Part shown: positions 56,009-64,000 of the stretch, one piece after another | Layout: each line of letters starts with the position of its first letter | How positions within the stretch are numbered: position 1 is the stretch's first letter | Assembly (NCBI GenBank): GCA_017470115.1 | Contig: JAFUEZ010000003.1 | Location: forward strand, 173,064 to 237,063 | Direction: 5' to 3' | DNA length: 64,000 bases | Source of the DNA: Bacilli bacterium | GTDB taxonomy: Bacteria; Bacillota_I; Bacilli_A; RFN20; CAG-826 | Notes under the pieces: model-generated | Databases searched by the model: none | Told to the model about the DNA's origin: nothing | Seen by the model: only the letters and a program-made list of their open reading frames with translations | Position numbers and translations under genes: made by a program

Positions 56009-57013
56009 ATGAAAAAAAGATTGTTAATTTTGCCACTTTTAGGCTTGCTTCTCACTTCATGTGATTTCTTTACACCTAAAACTCCTGATGGACAAGGTGA
56101 AAAAGATGATGAAGGTGGAGATGATACTCCAGATACACCTGATACACCTGACACACCAGATATTCCAGACACACCTGACACTCCAGATACTCCAGAAACT
56201 CCAGAAGAAGGAAAATTTAAAGGCTATGCTCCAGAAGGATATTCTTTAACATGGGAAGATGAATTTGAAGGAGATAAGTTAGATTCAAGATATTGGGAAC
56301 ATCAAGTTGGTGATGGCTCTGATTATGGAATTTATAGGTATGGAAATAATGAAGAGCAATATTATAAAGCTGAAAATACTAAAGTTAAGGATGGAAAATT
56401 AACAATTACAGCTAAAAAAGAACTTACTCATACTGAAAGATACGATTTCCAATATACAAGTTCAAGATTAAGAACTAAAGGTAAAGTCTTTACAACCTTT
56501 GGATATATTGAAGCACGTATTAAACTTCCTGCTGGAACTGGAATGTGGCCAGCTTTTTGGATGCTTCCTGAAGGATCTTATAAAGATAAAGGATGGCCAG
56601 TAAGTGGTGAAATCGATATCATGGAAGCAAAGGGTAGAGAGTTAGGAAAATATGGTGCAACAACTCACTCAGCTAATAGTGCAGATAGAGATGCTTATCA
56701 TAATAAAGATTACGTATTTAGCGCAGAAGAAGGAGATATAACTAATTTCCATTGCTACGCAGTTGAACGGCTTGAAAGATCATTTGTTTTTTCAGTTGAT
56801 GGAAAACCTTTTTTTACAGTCTCAAATACTGTTTATCAAAATGGAAATACCTTATATTCAAGTGATAGTCCAAGTGCTCCATTTAATCAAGATTTCCATA
56901 TTTTACTTAATCTTGCTGTCGGAGGAAATTACGATGGTAATCGTAAACCTGATGATTCGTTCGTTAGCGCTGATATGGTTGTAGATTACGTAAGAATATT
57001 TGAAAAGAATTAA
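56009..57013 (+). CDS. GH16 beta-glucanase (laminarinase/lichenase-type) lipoprotein with (DTP)n linker
   Basis: Lipobox LLTSCD; DTPDTPDTPDTPDIPDTPDTPDTPETPEEG linker; GH16 catalytic motif GEIDIMEAKG (E-x-D-x-x-E). Confidence 0.75.
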   Translation: MKKRLLILPLLGLLLTSCDFFTPKTPDGQGEKDDEGGDDTPDTPDTPDTPDIPDTPDTPDTPETPEEGKFKGYAPEGYSLTWEDEFEGDKLDSRYWEHQVGDGSDYGIYRYGNNEEQYYKAENTKVKDGKLTITAKKELTHTERYDFQYTSSRLRTKGKVFTTFGYIEARIKLPAGTGMWPAFWMLPEGSYKDKGWPVSGEIDIMEAKGRELGKYGATTHSANSADRDAYHNKDYVFSAEEGDITNFHCYAVERLERSFVFSVDGKPFFTVSNTVYQNGNTLYSSDSPSAPFNQDFHILLNLAVGGNYDGNRKPDDSFVSADMVVDYVRIFEKN

Positions 57014-57014
57014 T

Positions 57015-58955
57015 ATGAAAAATTTAAAAAAGATAGTTTTAACTCTTGGAATTAGTGCACTAGCTTTAGTGCCTTATTTAAATACAAATAATTTAGTCAA
57101 AAGAGAATCTTTAGTTTTAAAAGCTCAAGATCAAGCATTAGGAAGAACACTTAATCCTAGTGAGATTTTAGAAAATACTAGATTAAGAGGAAGATACTTT
57201 GAAAAAAGTGATGGTGTTGTAATCGATCAATCTGGTAGTGGAATTGAATTTAATGTTAAAAATTGTGAACGTGTAGAAGTTGCTTTTGCTACATCAAATG
57301 CTCGTATAGCTTGGACAGTTGATGGAGGAGAAGAACATCTTGAACAATTAAATGAGAATGGTTCAATTCGCGTTGCAGAGAATTTAAGAAAAGATGTCCA
57401 ACATACTATCAAGATTTATAAAGCGAATGAGGCAGCTGGTGGTCTTTGTGAGATTAAATATCTTTATTTAAGTGATTATGAGGCTGAAATTTGGCCAACA
57501 CCAGAAAAGAAATATCAATTTGAATTTGTTGGTGCTTCTTTAACTTGTGGAAATCAAATTGATCATGCAAAAGGCATTGATGCATTTGGAGCATATCCTC
57601 GAGTTGTTTCTGATTATTTTGATGCTGATTATAGATGTATTTGTACATCAGGTAGAGGCTTATTTCAAGGCTACAATAGTGAACTTAACTGGGCAGCAAG
57701 CCAAGAAAATGAACTTAAAGATTTATATTGGGAAGTTTCTCATTTTAGAGATCCTTCTAAAAAATATGATGCTAAAGAATATGAACCTGATGTAATTGTT
57801 TTCTCACTTGGAGATAATGATTTAGGCGAAAATATTCTTTCTGTTTTTAATAATTCAATGACTACATTTGTTGCAGAACTTGATAATTATTATCAACGTG
57901 TTAGACAAACTTATCCTGACACAGAACTTATTTTCATGTATGGAACTTACGTTAATAGAAAATATAGTGATCAATACGAAGCCAAAATTAAAGAGTGGCA
58001 ACAAAAGGGTGATGATGCAGTTGAATTTTTAATGCTTAATAAGATGGGAAGTGGTGCTGATGGCCATCCAGATTATGCTCAACATAAACAAATGGCTGGC
58101 GCAATTGCTAGAGTCATTGAAGAAAAGACATATTGTGAAGCAGTTAAAACAATTGATGAAACTGCTTTAAGATGGGAAGCTGAAAGTTGTGAAATGGCTC
58201 CAGCAAGTAGTAGCTATATACATTCTAACCAAATTGATTTCTCTGATTGGGCATATTTAGGCAACATGCAAAATGCAACTAATGTTTCGCTTGATCAAGT
58301 TAAGGAAGATGGAAGCACAATTAGAGTGGCAAAAAAGACCATAAACCTTGCTAAATCTGGATATTTTGATTTTTCTTTAGGATATTCAACACCTGCAAAC
58401 GTTCAAATTTATACTAAAATTGATAACGCACCTTGGAAGCCTTTAGATCTCCCTTCAACTGGTGGATGGGCTACAGTTTGGGATAGTACAAAAGAAAAAG
58501 TTTATCTTGAAGCAGGAAATCACACAATCTATTTCACATGTCCAAATAATGCAAGTTATTATTGTAACTTTGATTATTTTGAACTTTTAGAAACAACTGA
58601 AAAGAACCAATTTGATGTTTCTTACCCACTTAATGAAAACATTAGAATTAGTGGAAGTGATAAAGTTGATGAAGGTGACGATTTAAAATTCACTTGTAGA
58701 TTTAAAAATGGTTATTCAGGCAAACTCTATGTAGGCGATGAAGAATTAAGCAAGAATTCTAATGGTGAATATGTTGTAAAAAATGTTAAACAAAATACTA
58801 TGATCTTATTAGATGCTTATAAAGGTAATGGAGAAGATACTCCAAAAGGAGACCCTTTAATTCCTATTTTACTTGGAACTACAATCCCTGGAGGAGTTGC
58901 TCTTGTTGGACTTGGAGCGTTTATAGGTTATAAACTTGCAAAGAAAAAGAAGTAG
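57015..58955 (+). CDS. Secreted, C-terminally membrane-anchored SGNH/GDSL-type hydrolase (putative carbohydrate esterase) with flanking beta-sandwich (CBM-like) domains
   Basis: SGNH blocks FEFVGASLTCGN (I), VIVFSLGDNDLG (III, GxND), DGHPDYAQH (V, DxxH); signal peptide; C-terminal TM + KKKK. Confidence 0.5.
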   Translation: MKNLKKIVLTLGISALALVPYLNTNNLVKRESLVLKAQDQALGRTLNPSEILENTRLRGRYFEKSDGVVIDQSGSGIEFNVKNCERVEVAFATSNARIAWTVDGGEEHLEQLNENGSIRVAENLRKDVQHTIKIYKANEAAGGLCEIKYLYLSDYEAEIWPTPEKKYQFEFVGASLTCGNQIDHAKGIDAFGAYPRVVSDYFDADYRCICTSGRGLFQGYNSELNWAASQENELKDLYWEVSHFRDPSKKYDAKEYEPDVIVFSLGDNDLGENILSVFNNSMTTFVAELDNYYQRVRQTYPDTELIFMYGTYVNRKYSDQYEAKIKEWQQKGDDAVEFLMLNKMGSGADGHPDYAQHKQMAGAIARVIEEKTYCEAVKTIDETALRWEAESCEMAPASSSYIHSNQIDFSDWAYLGNMQNATNVSLDQVKEDGSTIRVAKKTINLAKSGYFDFSLGYSTPANVQIYTKIDNAPWKPLDLPSTGGWATVWDSTKEKVYLEAGNHTIYFTCPNNASYYCNFDYFELLETTEKNQFDVSYPLNENIRISGSDKVDEGDDLKFTCRFKNGYSGKLYVGDEELSKNSNGEYVVKNVKQNTMILLDAYKGNGEDTPKGDPLIPILLGTTIPGGVALVGLGAFIGYKLAKKKK

Positions 58956-58963
58956 GAGAGTAC

Positions 58964-59803
58964 ATGGAATATTTTAGTTTATTAGGTGGAACAAAAATTC
59001 CTGCATTTGGTTTAGGTACATATCAAATGACAAAACGTGAAGTAGTTAAAAACTCAATTTTGACTGCAATTAAGCTTGGTTATCGTCATTTTGATACAGC
59101 AGAGATATATGGAAATCAAGCTTTTGTTGGCGAAGCGCTAGAAGAATCTGGAGTTCCTAGAAATGAATTATTCATAACAACTAAAATATGGATGAATCAT
59201 TATAAAGATGTTAGAAGTGCTTTAAAAGAGGACTTAAAGAGATTAAGAACAGATTATGTTGATTTACTTTTACTTCATCAACCACTTTGTAATTATGTTG
59301 ATGCTTTTAAAGAATTAATCAAACTTAAAAAAGAAGGATTAGTTAAAGCGATTGGTGTATCTAATTTTGAAAATGAGCATATCCATAAACTCATTGAAAA
59401 AACTGGAGTAATTCCTGAAGTTAATCAAATTGAGATACATCCTTTCTGCCAAAGAAAAGAGCAAGTTGATTATTGTAAAAGGAATGGAATATTAATTGAA
59501 GATTGGTATCCACTTGCAAATGCAAAATCAAAATTACTTGATAATGAAGTAATTAAAGAAATTGCTAAAAAATATGATAAGACACCAGGTCAAATTATCT
59601 TGAGATGGCACTTTGAAATTGGACATGTCGCTTTTCCTAGAGCAACAAGTGAAGCTCACTTAAAAGAAAATATTGAAATATTTAACTTCGCTCTTAATAA
59701 AGAAGATGTTGAAAAAATTAATGCTTTAGATACTGGAAAAGGTTATGATAAACCAGTGTGGTTAAAAAAGATTACAGAGACATTAAAAAAGGCAAATCAC
59801 TAA
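58964..59803 (+). CDS. Aldo/keto reductase (DkgA/YtbE-like)
   Basis: GYRHFDTAEIYGNQ signature, 279 aa; RBS GGAGAG. Confidence 0.8.
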   Translation: MEYFSLLGGTKIPAFGLGTYQMTKREVVKNSILTAIKLGYRHFDTAEIYGNQAFVGEALEESGVPRNELFITTKIWMNHYKDVRSALKEDLKRLRTDYVDLLLLHQPLCNYVDAFKELIKLKKEGLVKAIGVSNFENEHIHKLIEKTGVIPEVNQIEIHPFCQRKEQVDYCKRNGILIEDWYPLANAKSKLLDNEVIKEIAKKYDKTPGQIILRWHFEIGHVAFPRATSEAHLKENIEIFNFALNKEDVEKINALDTGKGYDKPVWLKKITETLKKANH

Positions 59804-59940
59804 AAACCCTGCAAAACCTTAATATTTTTTTGGTAAAAGTGTATTAGTTGAATGATTTTTCAACTATGCATTGCAATATTTTAATAAATTTTGCAGTTTA
59901 ATAAGTTCTATTAAAAATAAAATTTTAATAGAATTTTTTT

Positions 59941-60891
59941 ATGAAGAATTTTGTATCAAGTATTTTAAAAGTATCATCGGTTTTGTTTCTTTCTTTGCTT
60001 GCTGCTTGTAATACAAGTAAACCTGTAGAGCCTTGTGAAGTTCATAGTTTTGGAAGATGGCATAGAACAGAGACTGAACATTTTAGAAAATGTAAAAGAT
60101 GTGGCTATGAAGAAAGAAGCCTACATGATAATGGTGAGGAACTAGTTTGTAGAACATGTGCTGATTTTAAAGTGCTCGCTTTAGGATATTTAGAAGGCGG
60201 AGATCCTGCTCATTCAGATTTTTTCAAAGAAGCTAATGAATGGTTCCCACTTCAAGCAAAAGAAAATGGATTTATTTATGATTATTCAACTGATTTTGGA
60301 AAGCTAAATGATGATGATTTAGCTGAATATGATGTTGTAATGTTTATGAATAATTATCCAGGAAATAAAGCTCAACAAGAAGCCTTTCAACGTTATATGG
60401 AAAATGGTGGATGTTGGATGGGATGGCATGTTTCAGCATTTACTACAGAAGCCACAAGTTGGAATTGGTATTTTAATGAATTTTTAGGTAGTGGAAATTT
60501 TAAAAGTAATACACGGAATCCAACCCCAGAAATTTTAAAAGTTGAAACTCATGATCATTTTGCTACAGCAAATCTTCCTCAACAAATCCATAGCAGTCAT
60601 AACGAATGGTATTCATGGAGTAATGACTTAAGAGCAAATAAAGATATCACAGTTTTATTGTCATTAGATCCTTCAACATTCCCAGTTGGTGATAGAGTTG
60701 GAGAAATATGGCAAACTTATGTAGATGTTCCAGTTGCTTGGGCAAACAATAATTACAATATGATCTATATGAATATGGGTCATAATTTGATGGATTATAA
60801 TGATTTTGAAAAAGAATCAAGAACGTTTTCTAGCGAAGAAGAAAACGAATTTATATTAGAATCTTTAATTGGTTTAGTAGATTATAGATAA
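59941..60891 (+). CDS. Lipoprotein, possibly ThuA-like/class-I glutamine-amidotransferase-like fold (tentative)
   Basis: Lipobox LLAACNTS; DVVMFMNNYPGNKAQQEAFQRYMENGGCWMGWHVSAF loosely resembles ThuA-family proteins. Confidence 0.35.
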   Translation: MKNFVSSILKVSSVLFLSLLAACNTSKPVEPCEVHSFGRWHRTETEHFRKCKRCGYEERSLHDNGEELVCRTCADFKVLALGYLEGGDPAHSDFFKEANEWFPLQAKENGFIYDYSTDFGKLNDDDLAEYDVVMFMNNYPGNKAQQEAFQRYMENGGCWMGWHVSAFTTEATSWNWYFNEFLGSGNFKSNTRNPTPEILKVETHDHFATANLPQQIHSSHNEWYSWSNDLRANKDITVLLSLDPSTFPVGDRVGEIWQTYVDVPVAWANNNYNMIYMNMGHNLMDYNDFEKESRTFSSEEENEFILESLIGLVDYR

Positions 60892-60892
60892 T

Positions 60893-61378
60893 TTAGGACT
60901 TATATTTAGCTAAATTTATATGACAATAGCCATCTTTATGTTTATCTAAATAATCCTGATGATATTCTTCAGCAGGAGAGTAATTAGAAAGTAAAGAGAC
61001 TTCAATATTAAATTTACCTTTATTTAAGTCTTTTTCTTTCTTATTTAATATATCTTTTATTTTATTAAGTTCATCATTATCTAATGAATATATTCCAGTT
61101 CGATATTGTAATCCTTCATCTTCACCTTGTTTATTGATTGAATAAGGATTAATAACTTCTAAATATGTATTAATGATAGTTTCTAAAGATGTTTCATCTT
61201 TATATGTTAGTTTTAATGTTTCTGCATGCGTTGCTTTATGAGCTTTTAATTCTTCATATTTTGGATTTAAATAATTTCCATTAGCATAGCCAACTTCAGT
61301 ATCAAGAGTAAAATCAAAAAGTTTGAAGTAAGCTTCAATTCCCCAAAAACAACCACCAGCTAAATAAATAGTTTTCAT
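60893..61378 (-). CDS. msrA: Peptide methionine sulfoxide reductase MsrA
   Basis: Active-site motif GGCFWG; 161 aa. Confidence 0.85.
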   Translation of the reverse strand: MKTIYLAGGCFWGIEAYFKLFDFTLDTEVGYANGNYLNPKYEELKAHKATHAETLKLTYKDETSLETIINTYLEVINPYSINKQGEDEGLQYRTGIYSLDNDELNKIKDILNKKEKDLNKGKFNIEVSLLSNYSPAEEYHQDYLDKHKDGYCHINLAKYKS

Positions 61379-61435
61379 GGTATTAATTTTACTTGAGTTA
61401 GATTATTTGTAAATATAGATGATTAGAATAATTTA

Positions 61436-61831
61436 TTAATAGGTTTTCATTTGAACATCTTTATATTTTGAAATTGTTTTATCATGCGTTATCAAGCATA
61501 AATCTCTGCTTTTAGCAGTTGAAAGCAATATATGGTCGAAAGGGTCATTGTGTATATTTTGTTGCATTATAAAATCAATATTATTTATATCTTGTGAATC
61601 GATTGGAAGAATGTAATAACCAGCATTTGAAATTGAAAGTTCGATTAATTTTGAATTATAAGGCATTGTTAATGGTCTTTTTTGATTTTTGATTTCTATT
61701 TCCCATAAACTAGCAGTTGAAACATATATTTCATTCCTTAAGTTTGAAATAGCTAATTGAATTTCAACCGGCAATTTATCAGGATCAAATAAAGCCCATA
61801 TTAATGTATGTGTATCTAATAGGAATCTCAT
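61436..61831 (-). CDS. PIN-domain ribonuclease toxin (VapC-like)
   Basis: MRFLLDTHTLIW N-terminus, conserved acidic residues; directly downstream of a Phd/YefM-like antitoxin gene. Confidence 0.7.
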   Translation of the reverse strand: MRFLLDTHTLIWALFDPDKLPVEIQLAISNLRNEIYVSTASLWEIEIKNQKRPLTMPYNSKLIELSISNAGYYILPIDSQDINNIDFIMQQNIHNDPFDHILLSTAKSRDLCLITHDKTISKYKDVQMKTY

Positions 61832-61833
61832 AA

Positions 61834-62067
61834 TTAATAACCAAATAATTCATCAAGTTTATCGTCTTCGTCTTTCAATTTAAAATTCAAAGATTCGGAA
61901 AACTTTAATCCTGCACCAAGTCTTTGCTTGTTATTAATGCTTGGAACAATCTTAGCGACCTCTTTGCCGTTTTTTAATATAATAATTTCATTTGCTTCTC
62001 CGCTTTCAAGCAATGCTATATATTTTGATAATTGTGTTTTTGCTTCGTAAATACTAATTTGATACAT
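61834..62067 (-). CDS. Phd/YefM-family antitoxin
   Basis: 77 aa, MYQISIYEAKTQLSKYIALLESGE...IIILKNGKEVAKIVP typical Phd/YefM fold; 2-nt gap to the PIN gene. Confidence 0.65.
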   Translation of the reverse strand: MYQISIYEAKTQLSKYIALLESGEANEIIILKNGKEVAKIVPSINNKQRLGAGLKFSESLNFKLKDEDDKLDELFGY

Positions 62068-62190
62068 AAAACCTCCTTGGTTAACTTGGTCAACCTAATT
62101 ATAACCTGTATTTGGTATTTATCAAATTATTTTTAATAAAAAATGCCTTAAAAAGTAAAAATTAATTTATTTATATAAGGTGAGTTAGCT

Positions 62191-63414
62191 TTAAAGTTTA
62201 ATGTGCCAAGGCCTACCAGCAACAAAGATAGGAGTAAGTTCAGCTTGAATTAAAGGAAGAGCATATTCAATGAATTCGTGTTTCATTTGCATGTGGTCTT
62301 CTGTAATCCATTCAAGTGGTATTTTCTTTTCATAATTTGCTACTTCATTTATATCAACAAGTGTAGTAGTGGCTTGATAAGGAGCATTTGATATACGTTT
62401 AATTGCTACAAATTTCCCAGTATTACCTTCAAAAGCAGCTTTAACAGCAGCTCCACCAACTTGATAAGCTTCAGTGATATCAACTCTAGAAGTTAAATGT
62501 CCTGCACAACGTTGAAGGATTGAAAGTTCAATTGATCTTGTCTTTGTATCGATATTTTTTCTTACTAAATTTGCTAGATATCTAGCTGTACCAGTTAAGG
62601 CTTTATGACCAAACGCGTCTTCTTCATGTCCATCATCATTTAATTCACATACATATCGACCATCAGGAAGTTTAACGCCTTCACTAACAGCGATAACGAT
62701 ACTATTTTTCTTTGCTTGTAATTTTTTAACCTTTTCAATAAATCCTTCACAAGTAAAAGGAATTTCAGGAAGGCAAATCATATCTACGCCTTCATTGTCT
62801 ACGCCTTTAGCTAAACTTGCTGCAGCAGTGAGCCATCCAGCGTTTCGACCCATTATTTCTACAATTGTGACATATTTTGTGCCATAAACTGTTGCATCTC
62901 TAATTATTTCTTTCATAGTGACAGCAATATATTTTGCAGCACTTCCATATCCTGGAGTGTGATCAGTTTTAACTAAATCATTATCGATTGTTTTAGGAAC
63001 TCCAATGAATTTAATATCTGAATTAATCTTTTTTCCATAATTAGAAAGTTTAGCAATTGAATCCATTGAATCATTTCCACCAATATAAAAGAAATAGCCA
63101 ACATTTAATTCATTTAAATAATCAAATATAAAATCATATAAATTTTTATTATTAATATCATCTGGATCAGGAAGTTTATATCTACATGAACCTAAAAAAG
63201 AAGAAGGAGTTCTTTTAAGTGATTCTATATCTAATGAGTTTTTAAAGTATAGTGATAAATCAACTACTCGCTTTTCTAAAAATCCTTTTATACCATTAAG
63301 CATTCCATAAACGATAGGTGCACCACGTTCAAGTGCAGATTCATATACTCCAGCAAGTGAAGAATTAATTACAGAAGTAGGACCACCAGATTGACCAACA
63401 ATTGCATTTTTCAT
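62191..63414 (-). CDS. 6-phosphofructokinase (long, 407-aa type; ATP- or PPi-dependent not resolvable)
   Basis: GGPTSVINSS, GGNDSM, PKTIDNDL, MGR motifs of the PFK family. Confidence 0.8.
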   Translation of the reverse strand: MKNAIVGQSGGPTSVINSSLAGVYESALERGAPIVYGMLNGIKGFLEKRVVDLSLYFKNSLDIESLKRTPSSFLGSCRYKLPDPDDINNKNLYDFIFDYLNELNVGYFFYIGGNDSMDSIAKLSNYGKKINSDIKFIGVPKTIDNDLVKTDHTPGYGSAAKYIAVTMKEIIRDATVYGTKYVTIVEIMGRNAGWLTAAASLAKGVDNEGVDMICLPEIPFTCEGFIEKVKKLQAKKNSIVIAVSEGVKLPDGRYVCELNDDGHEEDAFGHKALTGTARYLANLVRKNIDTKTRSIELSILQRCAGHLTSRVDITEAYQVGGAAVKAAFEGNTGKFVAIKRISNAPYQATTTLVDINEVANYEKKIPLEWITEDHMQMKHEFIEYALPLIQAELTPIFVAGRPWHIKL

Positions 63415-63545
63415 AAATTTAAACCCTCTTTGTTTTTATTTTGCGTTTTAGCGAAAGCTTATAAAATAACAATTTTGTTTTTGTTTAATTGCAAAAAGTG
63501 ATTATATGAAAAAATAATTAATTAATCAAAATGAACTAATTAATA

Positions 63546-63578
63546 AAAAAACCGATAAAAATATATCGGTTTTGAATG
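63546..63578 (-). terminator. Rho-independent terminator for the partial minus-strand gene
   Basis: aaaccgata-aaaatat-atcggttt with T-run on the minus strand. Confidence 0.6.
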
Positions 63579-63609
63579 GTTTTTGATTATATAATCACAA
63601 ATTTTAAAT

Positions 63610-64000
63610 CTATTGAGGTAAAGTTATTTCAGGTTTAGAAGTTAAAATAGTAGCAGTTAATTCTTTTGTAGTTTTACTTCTTTCCCCTGTGTCGCTTACA
63701 TATTCTTGAAGTTCATATGCTGAGTGATAAGTTAAATTATTATAAACGATAACGTTAGAATATTTTGCTCCATTACCTTCATAATTAATTTTAATAACTA
63801 AAGAAGAATCATCATCTGAATAATAATTAAATGAAACTGTATAGCCCCAACTATCTGCCCATTCTGTTTCTCTAACTTCATCAAATCCATGAACATAAGG
63901 ATCAATATAATCTAAAGGAGATTTCATTATCATATTGATAGTTGCGTAATTTTTTGAATATGTTTCACTACTTTCATCAAATGTAGCATCTATGTTTTCT
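63610..64000 (-). CDS. 3' part of a minus-strand gene whose 5' end lies beyond the window; product unknown
   Basis: Reading frame stays open upstream of the track's ATG (…ENIDATFDESSETYSKNYATINMIMKSPL…) through position 64000. Confidence 0.4.
   Translation of the reverse strand, partial: ENIDATFDESSETYSKNYATINMIMKSPLDYIDPYVHGFDEVRETEWADSWGYTVSFNYYSDDDSSLVIKINYEGNGAKYSNVIVYNNLTYHSAYELQEYVSDTGERSKTTKELTATILTSKPEITLPQ

Noticed and set aside
56110-56200. Short tandem nucleotide repeat (gatac(a/t)cc(a/t))n that could be mistaken for a CRISPR or VNTR
   Set aside because: It lies in-frame inside the GH16 lipoprotein gene and encodes a (DTP)n Pro/Thr-rich linker. The units are 9 bp with no spacers, so this is not a CRISPR array.
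56061-56249. 62-aa ORFs on both strands around 55993..56249
   Set aside because: These are alternative-frame or antisense readings of the repetitive DTP-linker region of the GH16 gene.
1-64000. Search for tRNA, rRNA, CRISPR, IS elements and integrase genes
   Set aside because: No cloverleaf-like GC-rich ~75-nt segments, no rRNA-like conserved stretches, no regularly spaced direct repeats with unique spacers, and no transposase or recombinase motifs (DDE, R..HxxR..Y, serine-recombinase) were recognised in any frame. Their absence is itself noted in the cassette-array finding.

Overview
This is a 64 kb AT-rich window in the standard genetic code. Many lipoproteins carry a '...SCG' lipobox, several surface proteins end in a C-terminal membrane anchor, and a PPi/ATP-type phosphofructokinase is present. 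By inference this points to a Mollicutes-like (Acholeplasma-like) or other low-GC Firmicutes genome. No rRNA, tRNA or CRISPR arrays were recognised. There are three main regions. (1) Positions ~1-24500 form an accessory array of gene cassettes. Successive cassettes are separated by repeated ~190-bp copies of the 3' end, including the stop codon, of an intact membrane-protein gene at 24323..25009 (minus strand). The cassettes are: a PLD-family (HKD) nuclease plus a DUF2075-type PD-(D/E)xK nuclease/P-loop helicase; two different COG1373 (AAA_14/DUF4143) ATPases, each followed by the same ~95-bp repeat; a frameshifted AbiEi/AbiEii-like pair followed by an unknown 447-aa protein, a small HTH protein, an HNH nuclease and a Zn-ribbon protein; a lipoprotein/GH3/esterase module with an agr/com-like LytTR regulator and GHKL kinase; and a second, intact AbiEi/AbiEii-like pair. 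No recombinase or transposase gene is visible. (2) Positions 25220-33197 look like a sulfoquinovose catabolic cluster of the sulfo-transaldolase type: GPH-family symporter, GH31 glycosidase, small FSA/TalC-type transaldolase, HIBADH-family (YihU-like) reductase, FucI-like isomerase, a small unknown protein and a TauE/SafE-like exporter. (3) Positions 33315-59803 form a beta-glucan utilisation locus built almost entirely of lipoproteins and membrane-anchored enzymes: three paralogous GH3 enzymes with apparently permuted domain order and both N- and C-terminal anchors, a GH16 laminarinase lipoprotein, a CotH-like lipoprotein, Big_3/Big_2/Flg_new-repeat lipoproteins, two Y_phosphatase3 (CX5R) lipoproteins, a YesN/YesM two-component system, an SGNH esterase and an aldo-keto reductase. 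No sugar transporter is present in this locus. The right end carries MsrA, a VapC/Phd toxin-antitoxin pair, a phosphofructokinase and a partial gene.
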